This document shows positions 14,893-22,939 of a DNA stretch of 25,242 nt, piece by piece. The position numbers and the translations under genes were made by a program. The notes under the pieces are model-generated. The model searched no databases. It saw nothing but the letters and a program-made list of their open reading frames with translations, and had not been told where the DNA came from. The stretch lies in IMG/VR virus record IMGVR_UViG_3300022561_001209; one strand, given 5' to 3'. Every line of letters starts with the position of its first letter. Position 1 is the first letter of the stretch. The stretch comes from a virus (lineage: Duplodnaviria; Heunggongvirae; Uroviricota; Caudoviricetes).

Positions 14893-15234
14893 TTATATGT
14901 CGAAATTCATTACTTTATCTAAAAGTGTTGTTCCCTTAAATAATACTTTAAGCTGTTTAATAAACTCTTCTTTCCCTATTTTTTCTCCGTTTTCTTTTAA
15001 TGTACTAAATTGTACTCTTTTAACTGGCGCCCCTTGTTTTATTAGATATAATACACATGTATCTTTAATGTTAAAATCCATATTCATACTGTAGTAATCA
15101 TATAATGTATAAATTCCCCATTTTTTCCCTGAACCCACTGTTTCTCTTCTTTTATGTGTTTCAGGTGTTGCTACCTCAGCGTCTTTCATATTCATTTCCA
15201 AACAATTTGCCATGTAATCCGTAAATTTTTTCAT
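14893..15234 (-). CDS. hypothetical protein, 113 aa
   Basis: intact ORF in the operon; RBS within the end of the upstream gene. Confidence 0.8.
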   Translation of the reverse strand: MKKFTDYMANCLEMNMKDAEVATPETHKRRETVGSGKKWGIYTLYDYYSMNMDFNIKDTCVLYLIKQGAPVKRVQFSTLKENGEKIGKEEFIKQLKVLFKGTTLLDKVMNFDI

Positions 15235-15243
15235 AATTTTTTC

Positions 15244-15828
15244 TTATTCTCCTCTTATTTGTCTTAATAAATATGGTACTCCATTTGCCTTATCTTCATA
15301 GTCATTTAAGTATTCTATGTTTCTTATATTTGACCAATCTATTCCAGTTAGATACATTAATTCTTTCATATTACTACCAAATTTGCTGTAATAATTTCTT
15401 ATCACATCTATATCATAAACACCTGTTATGTATTCTACTGGAATATCTTCTGTAAACATTATGTATCCTATAGGTGACCTACTATTTCTACATTCTATAC
15501 ATAAGTAATAATCTAAATCATTTGTATTAAAAAGTATGCCTATATTATATTCGCTACTAAACAACCTTTTTAGTTCTGTTGGTAATGTATAAACACCTTT
15601 CCCAAAGTTATTTTCATCGGCTGTTTCTTTGCTTGTCATTATTCCATTTTCTCTTATACTACTTATATTATTTTTATCTGTAAAATGCACCATTTCTCTG
15701 TTTGTGTTTTGTTCTACTAGTATATATTCTTTATCATGACCTATACAAAATTTCTCCAAATTGTCTATGTTATTTTCATACTCTTCTTGTGATATTACCA
15801 CACTATAAGGTATTTTATTTAAATTCAT
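15244..15828 (-). CDS. putative ADP-ribosyltransferase-fold protein (DarT/Tpt1/PARP-like motifs)
   Basis: VHFTDKNNISSIRENGI, NFGKGVY, MFTEDIPVEYI; GGAGG RBS. Confidence 0.55.
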   Translation of the reverse strand: MNLNKIPYSVVISQEEYENNIDNLEKFCIGHDKEYILVEQNTNREMVHFTDKNNISSIRENGIMTSKETADENNFGKGVYTLPTELKRLFSSEYNIGILFNTNDLDYYLCIECRNSRSPIGYIMFTEDIPVEYITGVYDIDVIRNYYSKFGSNMKELMYLTGIDWSNIRNIEYLNDYEDKANGVPYLLRQIRGE

Positions 15829-15830
15829 CT

Positions 15831-16025
15831 CTACCTCCTTAGACCATTTACCTCTGCATTAGATTCATGTTTAATATATTCTACACATTCTTCTTCTGTA
15901 TCAAATTCTATTAACACGTTTCCACTCTTTAAATTACCGTCTGCATCCCATATTCCAGCCCATGTTATTGGTCTTACGTAATACTTACCGTTTGTCCTTT
16001 TACCAAGAATTAAATGTTCTTTCAT
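15831..16025 (-). CDS. hypothetical protein, 64 aa
   Basis: AGGAG RBS. Confidence 0.75.
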   Translation of the reverse strand: MKEHLILGKRTNGKYYVRPITWAGIWDADGNLKSGNVLIEFDTEEECVEYIKHESNAEVNGLRR

Positions 16026-16033
16026 ATTATCTC

Positions 16034-16306
16034 CTATGTTGTAAATCTAATTATTCCCCAATCTATAAACTCTAAGAACTCACCTGTTCTTTTTCCATCT
16101 TGTAGTCTGCTTCTTGCTTCTGTTTTTGTGCAACCTACTTCATCACACCAATCACTACAGAAGTCATCCCAATCTGAATAGTATGCACATACATTAGGTT
16201 CTATTCTATGTTCTTTACAATGTTTCAATATTTTTCTAATCTTTATTTCATCTAATGGTTGATACCAATCTGGATAGCCTATCTGCTCCAATAATTCTGT
16301 TTTCAT
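16034..16306 (-). CDS. hypothetical protein, ~90 aa
   Basis: ORF track 16034..16321; start moved to the ATG at 16304-16306 after GGAG/GGGG. Confidence 0.8.
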   Translation of the reverse strand: MKTELLEQIGYPDWYQPLDEIKIRKILKHCKEHRIEPNVCAYYSDWDDFCSDWCDEVGCTKTEARSRLQDGKRTGEFLEFIDWGIIRFTT

Positions 16307-16329
16307 TCTTCCCCACTCCAATTAATTTA

Positions 16330-16599
16330 TTATTTTATATATTCTTTAATTTCTTCTTCCGTAAATTCTATTCCTTTTAATGTGTATCTTACTGCTCCTT
16401 GTAATCCTTCTGTTTTTACCCATTCCCTATTTTCATATGTGTTAATCAACTCTAAATCTCTTCTTAACCATAGTTTACATCCTGTTTCGAAATTATAAAA
16501 TAATCTGTATTCATTTACTAATGTGTATAATCCTCAATCTTTTATGTATTCTGATTTCTCTTCTAACTCTTTAACTAAGTATTAAAATAATCTTTCCAT
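16330..16599 (-). pseudogene. gene with two in-frame stops (MERLF*YLVKELEEKSEYIKD*GLYTLV...EEEIKEYIK)
   Basis: single frame, TAA at 16582-16584 and TGA at 16534-16536, then 67 open codons with no good start; fills the gap between flanking genes. Confidence 0.7.
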
Positions 16600-16604
16600 A
16601 TCTC

Positions 16605-16814
16605 CTAATCTTCTACAACATCACTTTCATTAGTTCTCCAAATATAATAACATCTTCCTGCAAATATCTTGTTGTAATCTCCATTTTCTATTCTTTCACA
16701 CAATGTTTGATATGCTTCTTCTGCTGTGTTTCCTTCAGATACTGTTTCAATTACTTCTATGTCACTTTCTTTCCAATTATGTGATACATCTATAAATATT
16801 TTATATTTTTTCAT
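16605..16814 (-). CDS. hypothetical protein, 69 aa
   Basis: GGAGG RBS. Confidence 0.75.
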   Translation of the reverse strand: MKKYKIFIDVSHNWKESDIEVIETVSEGNTAEEAYQTLCERIENGDYNKIFAGRCYYIWRTNESDVVED

Positions 16815-16841
16815 TTCTGTATCCTCCGTTAATATTTTAAA

Positions 16842-17066
16842 TTATTCCCCTTTATATACTTCAAACTCTTCATTTATTAGTGAATATATAAATGTTCCAG
16901 ATACTACCCACATGTCTCCAAAACAATCTGCTTCTACTAATCTACCTCTGTCATCTACCCAATACTCTGTTTTAGATATTTTTTCTCCGAGTTTAACTTT
17001 AAATATCTCGTTAGTATCTACTCCGAGTATTTCGCATATCTTGAATTTACTTTTACTCATAAACAT
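16842..17066 (-). CDS. hypothetical protein, 74 aa
   Basis: coupled to the end of 17053..17667. Confidence 0.7.
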   Translation of the reverse strand: MFMSKSKFKICEILGVDTNEIFKVKLGEKISKTEYWVDDRGRLVEADCFGDMWVVSGTFIYSLINEEFEVYKGE

Positions 17067-17667
17067 TCTCTATATCTTCGTATCTAACGTTAAATAATGA
17101 TTTATCATCATTTATCTCGTAACGTATTTTTCCTATTACCTTAAATTCATCTCTAATGCTCTCTAAATTATATGTTCCTGTATCATTACTGCCATCATAC
17201 ATCATATAAGTATCATATGTTATATTAGTACCGTCTTCAAATCTTATTTCTAACCAATTATAATCTAGACTTTCCAAAGGTTTTACTTTATTTAATATGA
17301 AGTTTATATAATCTTCTTCCGTAAATTTCATGAATTGTTCTTTACTTATATCATCTATGTAAGCGTATCTTTTAGTTTCCTCATATGCTTTAAACAGTTC
17401 TGTCACAGTCTCAGTTTTTTCATCTGTCTTAATTTGTATGTCTTTAAACATCTGTTCATCTAACTTTAAATCTTCATTTAATTCACTGTTCCAATTAAAT
17501 TCTAAAGGATATTTTTTCTTTTCCTCTACTGCTATTTTTAACTCTTTATCTAGTTCTTCTTTTAGTTTAGAATCTTTATTTGATACCTGCATAAATCCTA
17601 CTGCTAAAGCTATACACAGTAATGTGAATAACACTAAACCTAGTTTACCTTTTAAATCTTCGTTCAC
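17053..17667 (-). CDS. membrane-anchored hypothetical protein (single N-terminal TM helix)
   Basis: LGLVLFTLLCIALAVGFM; GGAGG RBS, GTG start. Confidence 0.85.
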   Translation of the reverse strand: MNEDLKGKLGLVLFTLLCIALAVGFMQVSNKDSKLKEELDKELKIAVEEKKKYPLEFNWNSELNEDLKLDEQMFKDIQIKTDEKTETVTELFKAYEETKRYAYIDDISKEQFMKFTEEDYINFILNKVKPLESLDYNWLEIRFEDGTNITYDTYMMYDGSNDTGTYNLESIRDEFKVIGKIRYEINDDKSLFNVRYEDIENVYE

Positions 17668-17681
17668 TTCTTACCTCCATT

Positions 17682-18005
17682 TTACCAACTAACAGGATAT
17701 CTATCTAATATCTCTTGATTATATAAATATTCTCCGTTATTATAACTAACTACATCTTCCCACCATTTTATCCCGTAAGTTAATCTTATAACTGCCATTC
17801 TTTCTATATCATCATCATGTATGTAAAATATTAAATCGTGTCTTCCGCCTTCTTCGTCTCTTTCAACACTTCCGTTTGTTATTACTTCTTCACAGAACTT
17901 AATTCTAATATCAAATTCACCAAACATAAACTGTTCAAACTGTTTTTCTGTATTATCTCCTAACATTGTAGCAGGCCATACACACAGTTGATTAAATTTA
18001 TCCAT
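17682..18005 (-). CDS. hypothetical protein, 107 aa
   Basis: AAGGGG RBS; aromatic-rich globular composition. Confidence 0.85.
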   Translation of the reverse strand: MDKFNQLCVWPATMLGDNTEKQFEQFMFGEFDIRIKFCEEVITNGSVERDEEGGRHDLIFYIHDDDIERMAVIRLTYGIKWWEDVVSYNNGEYLYNQEILDRYPVSW

Positions 18006-18025
18006 GCCCTTACCCCTTGCCTCTC

Positions 18026-18353
18026 TTAGTATATTCCGTAAACATTCCTATCTACCCATTTTCTTGATTGCTGGAAACTTGTGTAAGTCCTTAATGCATC
18101 ATCGTATTCTTTATATATTTCTGTATAAGTTGAATTATATTTACATTGCTACTTCTTTAAATACCCTATTTGCTACCTTATTATCAGGTGTATCCAATCT
18201 ATTGAATAAATCAAATGCTTCTTTATAATTATCTGTTATTAAGTCTATTTTCTCGTCTCCAGAATTTCTTATAATTGACCAGGTTTGATTTGCATTTTCT
18301 CTTATTACTATTTCGTATTTATCTCGCTTTAATCTTAACTCAGGCTCCATCAC
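18026..18353 (-). CDS. hypothetical protein, 70-aa ORF 18141..18353 with a probable frameshifted tail to 18026
   Basis: AAAGG RBS; the +1 frame continues CKYNSTYTEIYKEYDDALRTY...VYGIY* across an otherwise unexplained 135-nt gap. Confidence 0.6.
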
Positions 18354-18442
18354 ATAAGTTACCTTTCTTTTAGTTTATTTCTGTATACCGTGCTTTATAT
18401 ATAGTTTTACCATGTTCACAGTTTATCTTTTCTCTAAGTTTT

Positions 18443-18994
18443 CTATATCTCTATTTTACAGTGTTCAGCTATTCTCTTAGCATCTTTGTAATCATCAGGA
18501 TGTACTAAATATTCATCTAACTTATTATTTCCTCCGAATATCCTTAAAAATCCTGCGCACTGAGTAAATGTCTTTGCTCCCATACCTTTTATCTTCTTTA
18601 ATTCTTCTCTACTTTTGAACCTGCCTACTTCTTCTCTGTAATCTACTATCTTTTGTGCCATACTATTATTTATTCCTGCTACGTATGAAAGTAACTCCAC
18701 AGAAGCTGTATTTAAATTCACCCCTACCTCATTAACTATTGTAGTTGTTACTCTAGTTAATGCTATATTTAGTTTAGTTTGGTTCACATCATGTTGATAT
18801 TGTCCAACACCCAATGATTGAGGATTTATTTTTACATATTCACTCAATGGGTCTAATAATCTTCTTGCTAAACTTACTGAACTTATTAAGTTAATATCTA
18901 AATCTGGAAATTCTTTCTTTGCTGATGGTGTTGCTGAATATTTACTTGCTCCACTCTCATTTACTATTGTGTATTTAATTCCTTGTTTACTCAT
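18443..18994 (-). CDS. miniature Tex-like protein (end of YqgF/RNase H-like domain + HhH domains only)
   Basis: IVNESGASKYS, EFPDLD, SLARRLLDPLSEYVKI.P.SLGVGQYQHDV, VGVNLNTAS, FTQCAGFLRI, VHPDDY match Tex; no Tex_N or S1 domain; own AGGAG RBS. Confidence 0.9.
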   Translation of the reverse strand: MSKQGIKYTIVNESGASKYSATPSAKKEFPDLDINLISSVSLARRLLDPLSEYVKINPQSLGVGQYQHDVNQTKLNIALTRVTTTIVNEVGVNLNTASVELLSYVAGINNSMAQKIVDYREEVGRFKSREELKKIKGMGAKTFTQCAGFLRIFGGNNKLDEYLVHPDDYKDAKRIAEHCKIEI

Positions 18995-18995
18995 A

Positions 18996-20219
18996 CTATA
19001 TCTCCTTATTTTCCCTTTTTTTCATATCTTCAGTTTTTAACCCCATATTTAATTCTTTGGCATATTTTTTAATTGTTTCTATGCTCAATTTTAAATCTTC
19101 AGCTAATTCCTCTAATGTTAATTTATTATTATTTTCTCTTATATATTTTAAATTAGTTTCTTTCTTTCTATTTAAAAATTTTAAATTATGTTCTCTACCT
19201 ATTTCGTATATTTTATTTTTACTTATATTAAATTTTCTTGTCATTTCTTCTACAGTCATTTTATTTATGTTATTTATAATTAAATTTTCTATTTCAACAT
19301 ATTTGTTTTTTCTTCCGCCAATGTTTATTTTAGGTGTATATTTTAATCTATTAATATAGTAGTAATTTGCCACACTCTTGTATGTTCTATTAATTTTAAT
19401 TGCCATCTCTTCTATTGTCATATATTCAGAATACTTATGCATTGTTTCTTTTTCAGCATCTGTATATCCTTCAACTTTAGTATTTTTTCTCTCATACTTT
19501 GCTAATTCTCTTTTAAACCTATATTTATTTTTATATAAAAATTGTCTTACTTTTGTGTCTGATAATTCTAATTCTTTAGCCATTTCTTTTATAGTCATAT
19601 TATCTTTATTTGTTACTATGAATTTTTTCTCTTCCTCACTTAGTCCTCTTTGCTCTTCCGTAAAATCTATATTATGTTTTTTACAATATTTTTTAATACA
19701 CACCTTTTTTTTATCTGTAATTTCAGAAATTTCATCTAAATTCAAATATTTAGTTTTTTCTTCTAATTTCTTTTTATCTTCATATCTCATTATATTAAAT
19801 TTATTAGTTAATTTTATTCCATAATCTGTAGCATAATTAATTACTGTGTTTCTAGATATTCCGATATTTTTTGCGATTTCTAAAGCCGGTTTATCATTAT
19901 TTCCTTTTATATACACCAAAATTTCTAGTTCTCTTTTTATTTCTTTTTCTTTATTCACTCTATTTTTTAGAATATTATGTACTGTTCCTTGACTTATGTC
20001 TAATTTTTTTGCTATTGCATAATTACTTATCAATCCTTCGTTATTCAATATAAATTTTTTCTCTTGCACAAGTAATTTTCTCTGTATTTTTGCCTTTATT
20101 CCTTCAGATTCACAAAATGTTTTGACTGTGCTATAAGGTATTTTTAGTTCTTTAGATATTTCTTTATATGACATTTCTGCTGCGTTTTCTTTTATAAACT
20201 CTCTTTGGTTGTTGTCCAT
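18996..20219 (-). CDS. tandem HTH-repeat protein (about 8 repeats of 45-60 aa)
   Basis: units such as LSEEEKKFIVTNKDNMTIKEMAKELELSDTKVRQFLYKN and YTDAEKETMHKYSEYMTIEEMAIKINRTYKSVANYY; GCGGAG RBS. Confidence 0.75.
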   Translation of the reverse strand: MDNNQREFIKENAAEMSYKEISKELKIPYSTVKTFCESEGIKAKIQRKLLVQEKKFILNNEGLISNYAIAKKLDISQGTVHNILKNRVNKEKEIKRELEILVYIKGNNDKPALEIAKNIGISRNTVINYATDYGIKLTNKFNIMRYEDKKKLEEKTKYLNLDEISEITDKKKVCIKKYCKKHNIDFTEEQRGLSEEEKKFIVTNKDNMTIKEMAKELELSDTKVRQFLYKNKYRFKRELAKYERKNTKVEGYTDAEKETMHKYSEYMTIEEMAIKINRTYKSVANYYYINRLKYTPKINIGGRKNKYVEIENLIINNINKMTVEEMTRKFNISKNKIYEIGREHNLKFLNRKKETNLKYIRENNNKLTLEELAEDLKLSIETIKKYAKELNMGLKTEDMKKRENKEI

Positions 20220-20281
20220 TTTATTTCTCCGCCTATATTTTCTAAATTTTTTATTTCTCTATTTTTATTCCTCTTCGTAAA

Positions 20282-20554
20282 TTATTTATTATGATTTGTG
20301 TTTTTTGATATTACTTCGAATGCCTTAGTCACTTCAACAAATATTTCCATGTGTTTATGCATCTCTAGTGAACTGTATTCTGCAAATACTTCACCTTTCT
20401 TGGATGTTATATAGTAAGGCTTTAAATTATTAAGTGCCTTTGCCTTAACATCATCTAAACACTTTTCACACGTACACACGTTTTTATACATGCCCCTATT
20501 AATTAAGTCTTCCAATATGATGTCTACACATATCTCCATATAGTTTTTAACCAT
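20282..20554 (-). CDS. comFB: ComFB-family protein (cyclic-dinucleotide-binding family)
   Basis: KNYME..V...L, CTCEKCLDDVKAKALNNLKPYY, KKGEVF, VEVTKAFEVISKN.NH pattern; GAGG RBS. Confidence 0.8.
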   Translation of the reverse strand: MVKNYMEICVDIILEDLINRGMYKNVCTCEKCLDDVKAKALNNLKPYYITSKKGEVFAEYSSLEMHKHMEIFVEVTKAFEVISKNTNHNK

Positions 20555-20685
20555 ACTTAATACCTCTCTTAGAATATTTTGTGTGTCATTCCTAAGGTGT
20601 TAATTTTTTAAATCTTAATTATCCCTAACTTATACAATAATACCTCAAAGTAATATTTTACAGGTTAACTATTTCCCGTATATCT

Positions 20686-20714
20686 ATTATAACATATTTA
20701 TACACTTTTGTCAA
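20686..20714 (-). promoter_or_regulatory. consensus sigma-A promoter of the comFB / 8xHTH / mini-Tex operon
   Basis: TTGACA 20709-20714, 17 nt, TATAAT 20686-20691. Confidence 0.9.
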
Positions 20715-20749
20715 TACTTTTATTATAACTTTTTATAATAATTCAAAAT

Positions 20750-20782
20750 AAAAATAAACTTTCATTTTTATGAAAGTTTATT
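20750..20782 (-). terminator. intrinsic terminator
   Basis: AATAAACTTTCAT / ATGAAAGTTTATT inverted repeat, 4-nt loop, T-run. Confidence 0.8.
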
Positions 20783-21242
20783 GTATAATTTATCTGTTAA
20801 CAATAACATTTTACCTATATTTTCTAAAAATATGTGTCCATGTTTAATTATATGTAATTTTGTCCTTTTTTCCGAATTTACTTTCGATATAACATCTTCT
20901 ATTTTAATCCAATTCTCTTTATTTTCTTTATTTAAGTATACCTGGAAATATTGACATAGCTTGATAAGCTATACATGCCGTAAATTCTAATATATCAATT
21001 TCTTCTAAACAATTGAACTCTTTTTTTATCATTTCATTTACACTATTTACATGTCTTTCTATGAATGGTACGTATATACCTTTTCTTATTTCTGTATCAA
21101 AATCAGGTCTTATAAATTCTACTGCAAGTTCAACTTCTGTATCCATATCTTTAATGTATGTATATGTGTTACCATTATTCTCTATTACTGTACATATGAA
21201 TACTTTTCCTAAATGTTTGCCATAAATTTGTATATTATTCAT
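20768..21242 (-). CDS. hypothetical protein, 104-aa ORF 20928..21242 with a probable frameshifted C-terminus ending at 20768
   Basis: the +1 frame LIKLCQYFQVYLNKENKENWIKIED...LYNKLS* overlaps the ORF end and stops inside the terminator. Confidence 0.6.
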
Positions 21243-21622
21243 TATTTCTCCCTGTCTTTTATAATAGTATTTATTCCTCTAGTCATATCTAATAACTCAT
21301 CGTATAAGCTATACTCTCCCAGTAGTATGTCTGCTTTCTCTCTTTTACTGTTCGTTAATTCAGCTAATAAATCTGTCATTGTATGTAAATCCTCTTCTGT
21401 TAGTTCATTATACATCCACTTCATTATCCCAGTTCCTATATTATTTCCATCGTAATTGTTTCCAAATATCTTTTCATTTAATATGAGTTTTTCTATCATG
21501 TCGTTTATTCTATTTATATCTTCTAATTTCCTGTATGTTCTTTCTTTTAATACTTCTTTGCACTCTATAAGTAATTCCTCTATTGTTATGTCCACATATC
21601 TTCCACCTAATGTATTAAACAA
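21242..21622 (-). CDS. helical hypothetical protein
   Basis: intact ORF; the start may be the internal GTG after AGGTGG rather than the TTG listed. Confidence 0.75.
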   Translation of the reverse strand: MFNTLGGRYVDITIEELLIECKEVLKERTYRKLEDINRINDMIEKLILNEKIFGNNYDGNNIGTGIMKWMYNELTEEDLHTMTDLLAELTNSKREKADILLGEYSLYDELLDMTRGINTIIKDREK

Positions 21623-21635
21623 CCCCTAATCTCCT

Positions 21636-22121
21636 TTATTTCTTGTTTAATATATCTATTGCCTTTATTACATGTTCTTCTCGTAAACCTCTGCTGTTCG
21701 TAGTTTTAACTAAGTTTGTATTCGTAAATTCACACATATCACTGTCATCATCTAATATTATGAATGACTCAACTTCAGGATGTCTCTCTAGCCAATCCCT
21801 AATCTCGTCTCCACGATGTACCCCATGTAATATAGGCGTTGTATCTAATATCTTTAGCCCTACTTTTTCAAGTTCTTCTTTTAATTTTATTATTAGTTCT
21901 CCACCTAATTCTAAGTGTTTATGTGTCCAACCATATCTCCACGAAGATGACACCACTATTTCAGCACCAGTTTTATCTACTATTTCTTTGAATAATTTAA
22001 GTGCTCTTGGTTCTACTTCATCATATAATCCTGCAGACTTCTTACCCGTTCTTTTTAAGTATTCCATCATATCTTCTGTTGAATTTAATACTCCGTCTAC
22101 ATCTAAAAATATTACTTTCAT
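21636..22121 (-). CDS. HAD-superfamily phosphatase, Swiss-Army-knife RNA-repair-associated type (HAD_SAK-like)
   Basis: IFLDVDGVLNS, IVVSSSWR, RGDEIRDWL, FIILDDDSDM motifs. Confidence 0.88.
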   Translation of the reverse strand: MKVIFLDVDGVLNSTEDMMEYLKRTGKKSAGLYDEVEPRALKLFKEIVDKTGAEIVVSSSWRYGWTHKHLELGGELIIKLKEELEKVGLKILDTTPILHGVHRGDEIRDWLERHPEVESFIILDDDSDMCEFTNTNLVKTTNSRGLREEHVIKAIDILNKK

Positions 22122-22124
22122 ACC

Positions 22125-22298
22125 TTACCCCTTAATGAACTTTACTCTTATGCCAAACTTACTATTTAAAAACTCGTCAGACATTTCTAAATAGTCTATA
22201 CAACTTTCTAAGAACATCTAATTTAGCATACCAATATGTTTAGTCTTATCGTTTTCTACAAGTTCTTTTATTTCTTGTAATGTATATTCTTTATTCAT
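22125..22298 (-). pseudogene. 57-codon gene with one in-frame TAG
   Basis: MNKEYTLQEIKELVENDKTKHIGMLN*MFLESCIDYLEMSDEFLNSKFGIRVKFIKG; TAG at 22218-22220; start overlaps the upstream stop and the end carries the RBS of the HAD gene. Confidence 0.55.
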
Positions 22299-22656
22299 GT
22301 GTTTTACCCATTACTTTCTTTAAATATTCTAGTTCTTCCTCATGTTCATTTACTTTGTACTCTCTATCTATTTTTACAGTATTCAATGCATCTATTATTG
22401 TTTCTCTATCTTCCTTAGATATTTCCGTTTCTACCCAATCTCTTACTGTATTAAAATTTATGAAGTTTACTATTCTCCATTCTTTTCTTAATCTTTTTAT
22501 TGTTTCTTTTAATTTATTAGATTCTTCATTGAGTATTTCAAAACTTTCTATGTCTCCACCAGTTCCGTTTTCTTCTGCCCGTAAATCATATATTTCTACT
22601 GCTTTTAAACAGTATTCTAAAAATGTATATAATGTTGTTCCGCTTATCTGTTCCAT
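22291..22656 (-). CDS. helical hypothetical protein, 121 aa
   Basis: AAGGA RBS. Confidence 0.8.
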   Translation of the reverse strand: MEQISGTTLYTFLEYCLKAVEIYDLRAEENGTGGDIESFEILNEESNKLKETIKRLRKEWRIVNFINFNTVRDWVETEISKEDRETIIDALNTVKIDREYKVNEHEEELEYLKKVMGKTHE

Positions 22657-22681
22657 CTTTATGTTCCTTCTTATCCTTTGT

Positions 22682-22924
22682 TCAATATTCTTCTTCCTCT
22701 AATTCTATATCTTCATGTCTTAGTTTTTTCATATATCTCTCAAGACTAGCTTTTATCTCCACTTGTTCATTTAACTTTGACATTAATTCTCTTTCTGTAT
22801 ATTCAAAATCTTTGTTTACATTAAGTTCTTCTTTTGTTTCTTTTATTCTTTCCTTTAACCACTTTACACAGTCTTCTACACCACCTGCTTTTATTCTTAA
22901 TTAAGTTGATTTACATGTAAACAT
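22682..22924 (-). pseudogene. 80-codon gene with an in-frame TAA at codon 8
   Basis: GGGGA-N7-ATG, MFTCKST*LRIKAGGVEDCVKWLKERIKETKEEL...EEEEY; 72 open codons after the TAA at 22901-22903. Confidence 0.7.
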
Positions 22925-22939
22925 TCATTATTCCCCGTT

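Noticed and set aside
18996-20219. 407-aa gene as the missing N-terminal half of Tex
   Set aside because: It shows HTH-like repeats and none of the Tex_N/YqgF motifs; Tex similarity starts only at IVNESGAS.
13765-22194. Other long plus-strand ORFs (13765..14301, 19378..19824, 21643..22194 and the shorter ones)
   Set aside because: All lie opposite strong minus-strand genes, have S/F/I-rich reverse-complement composition and lack RBSs.
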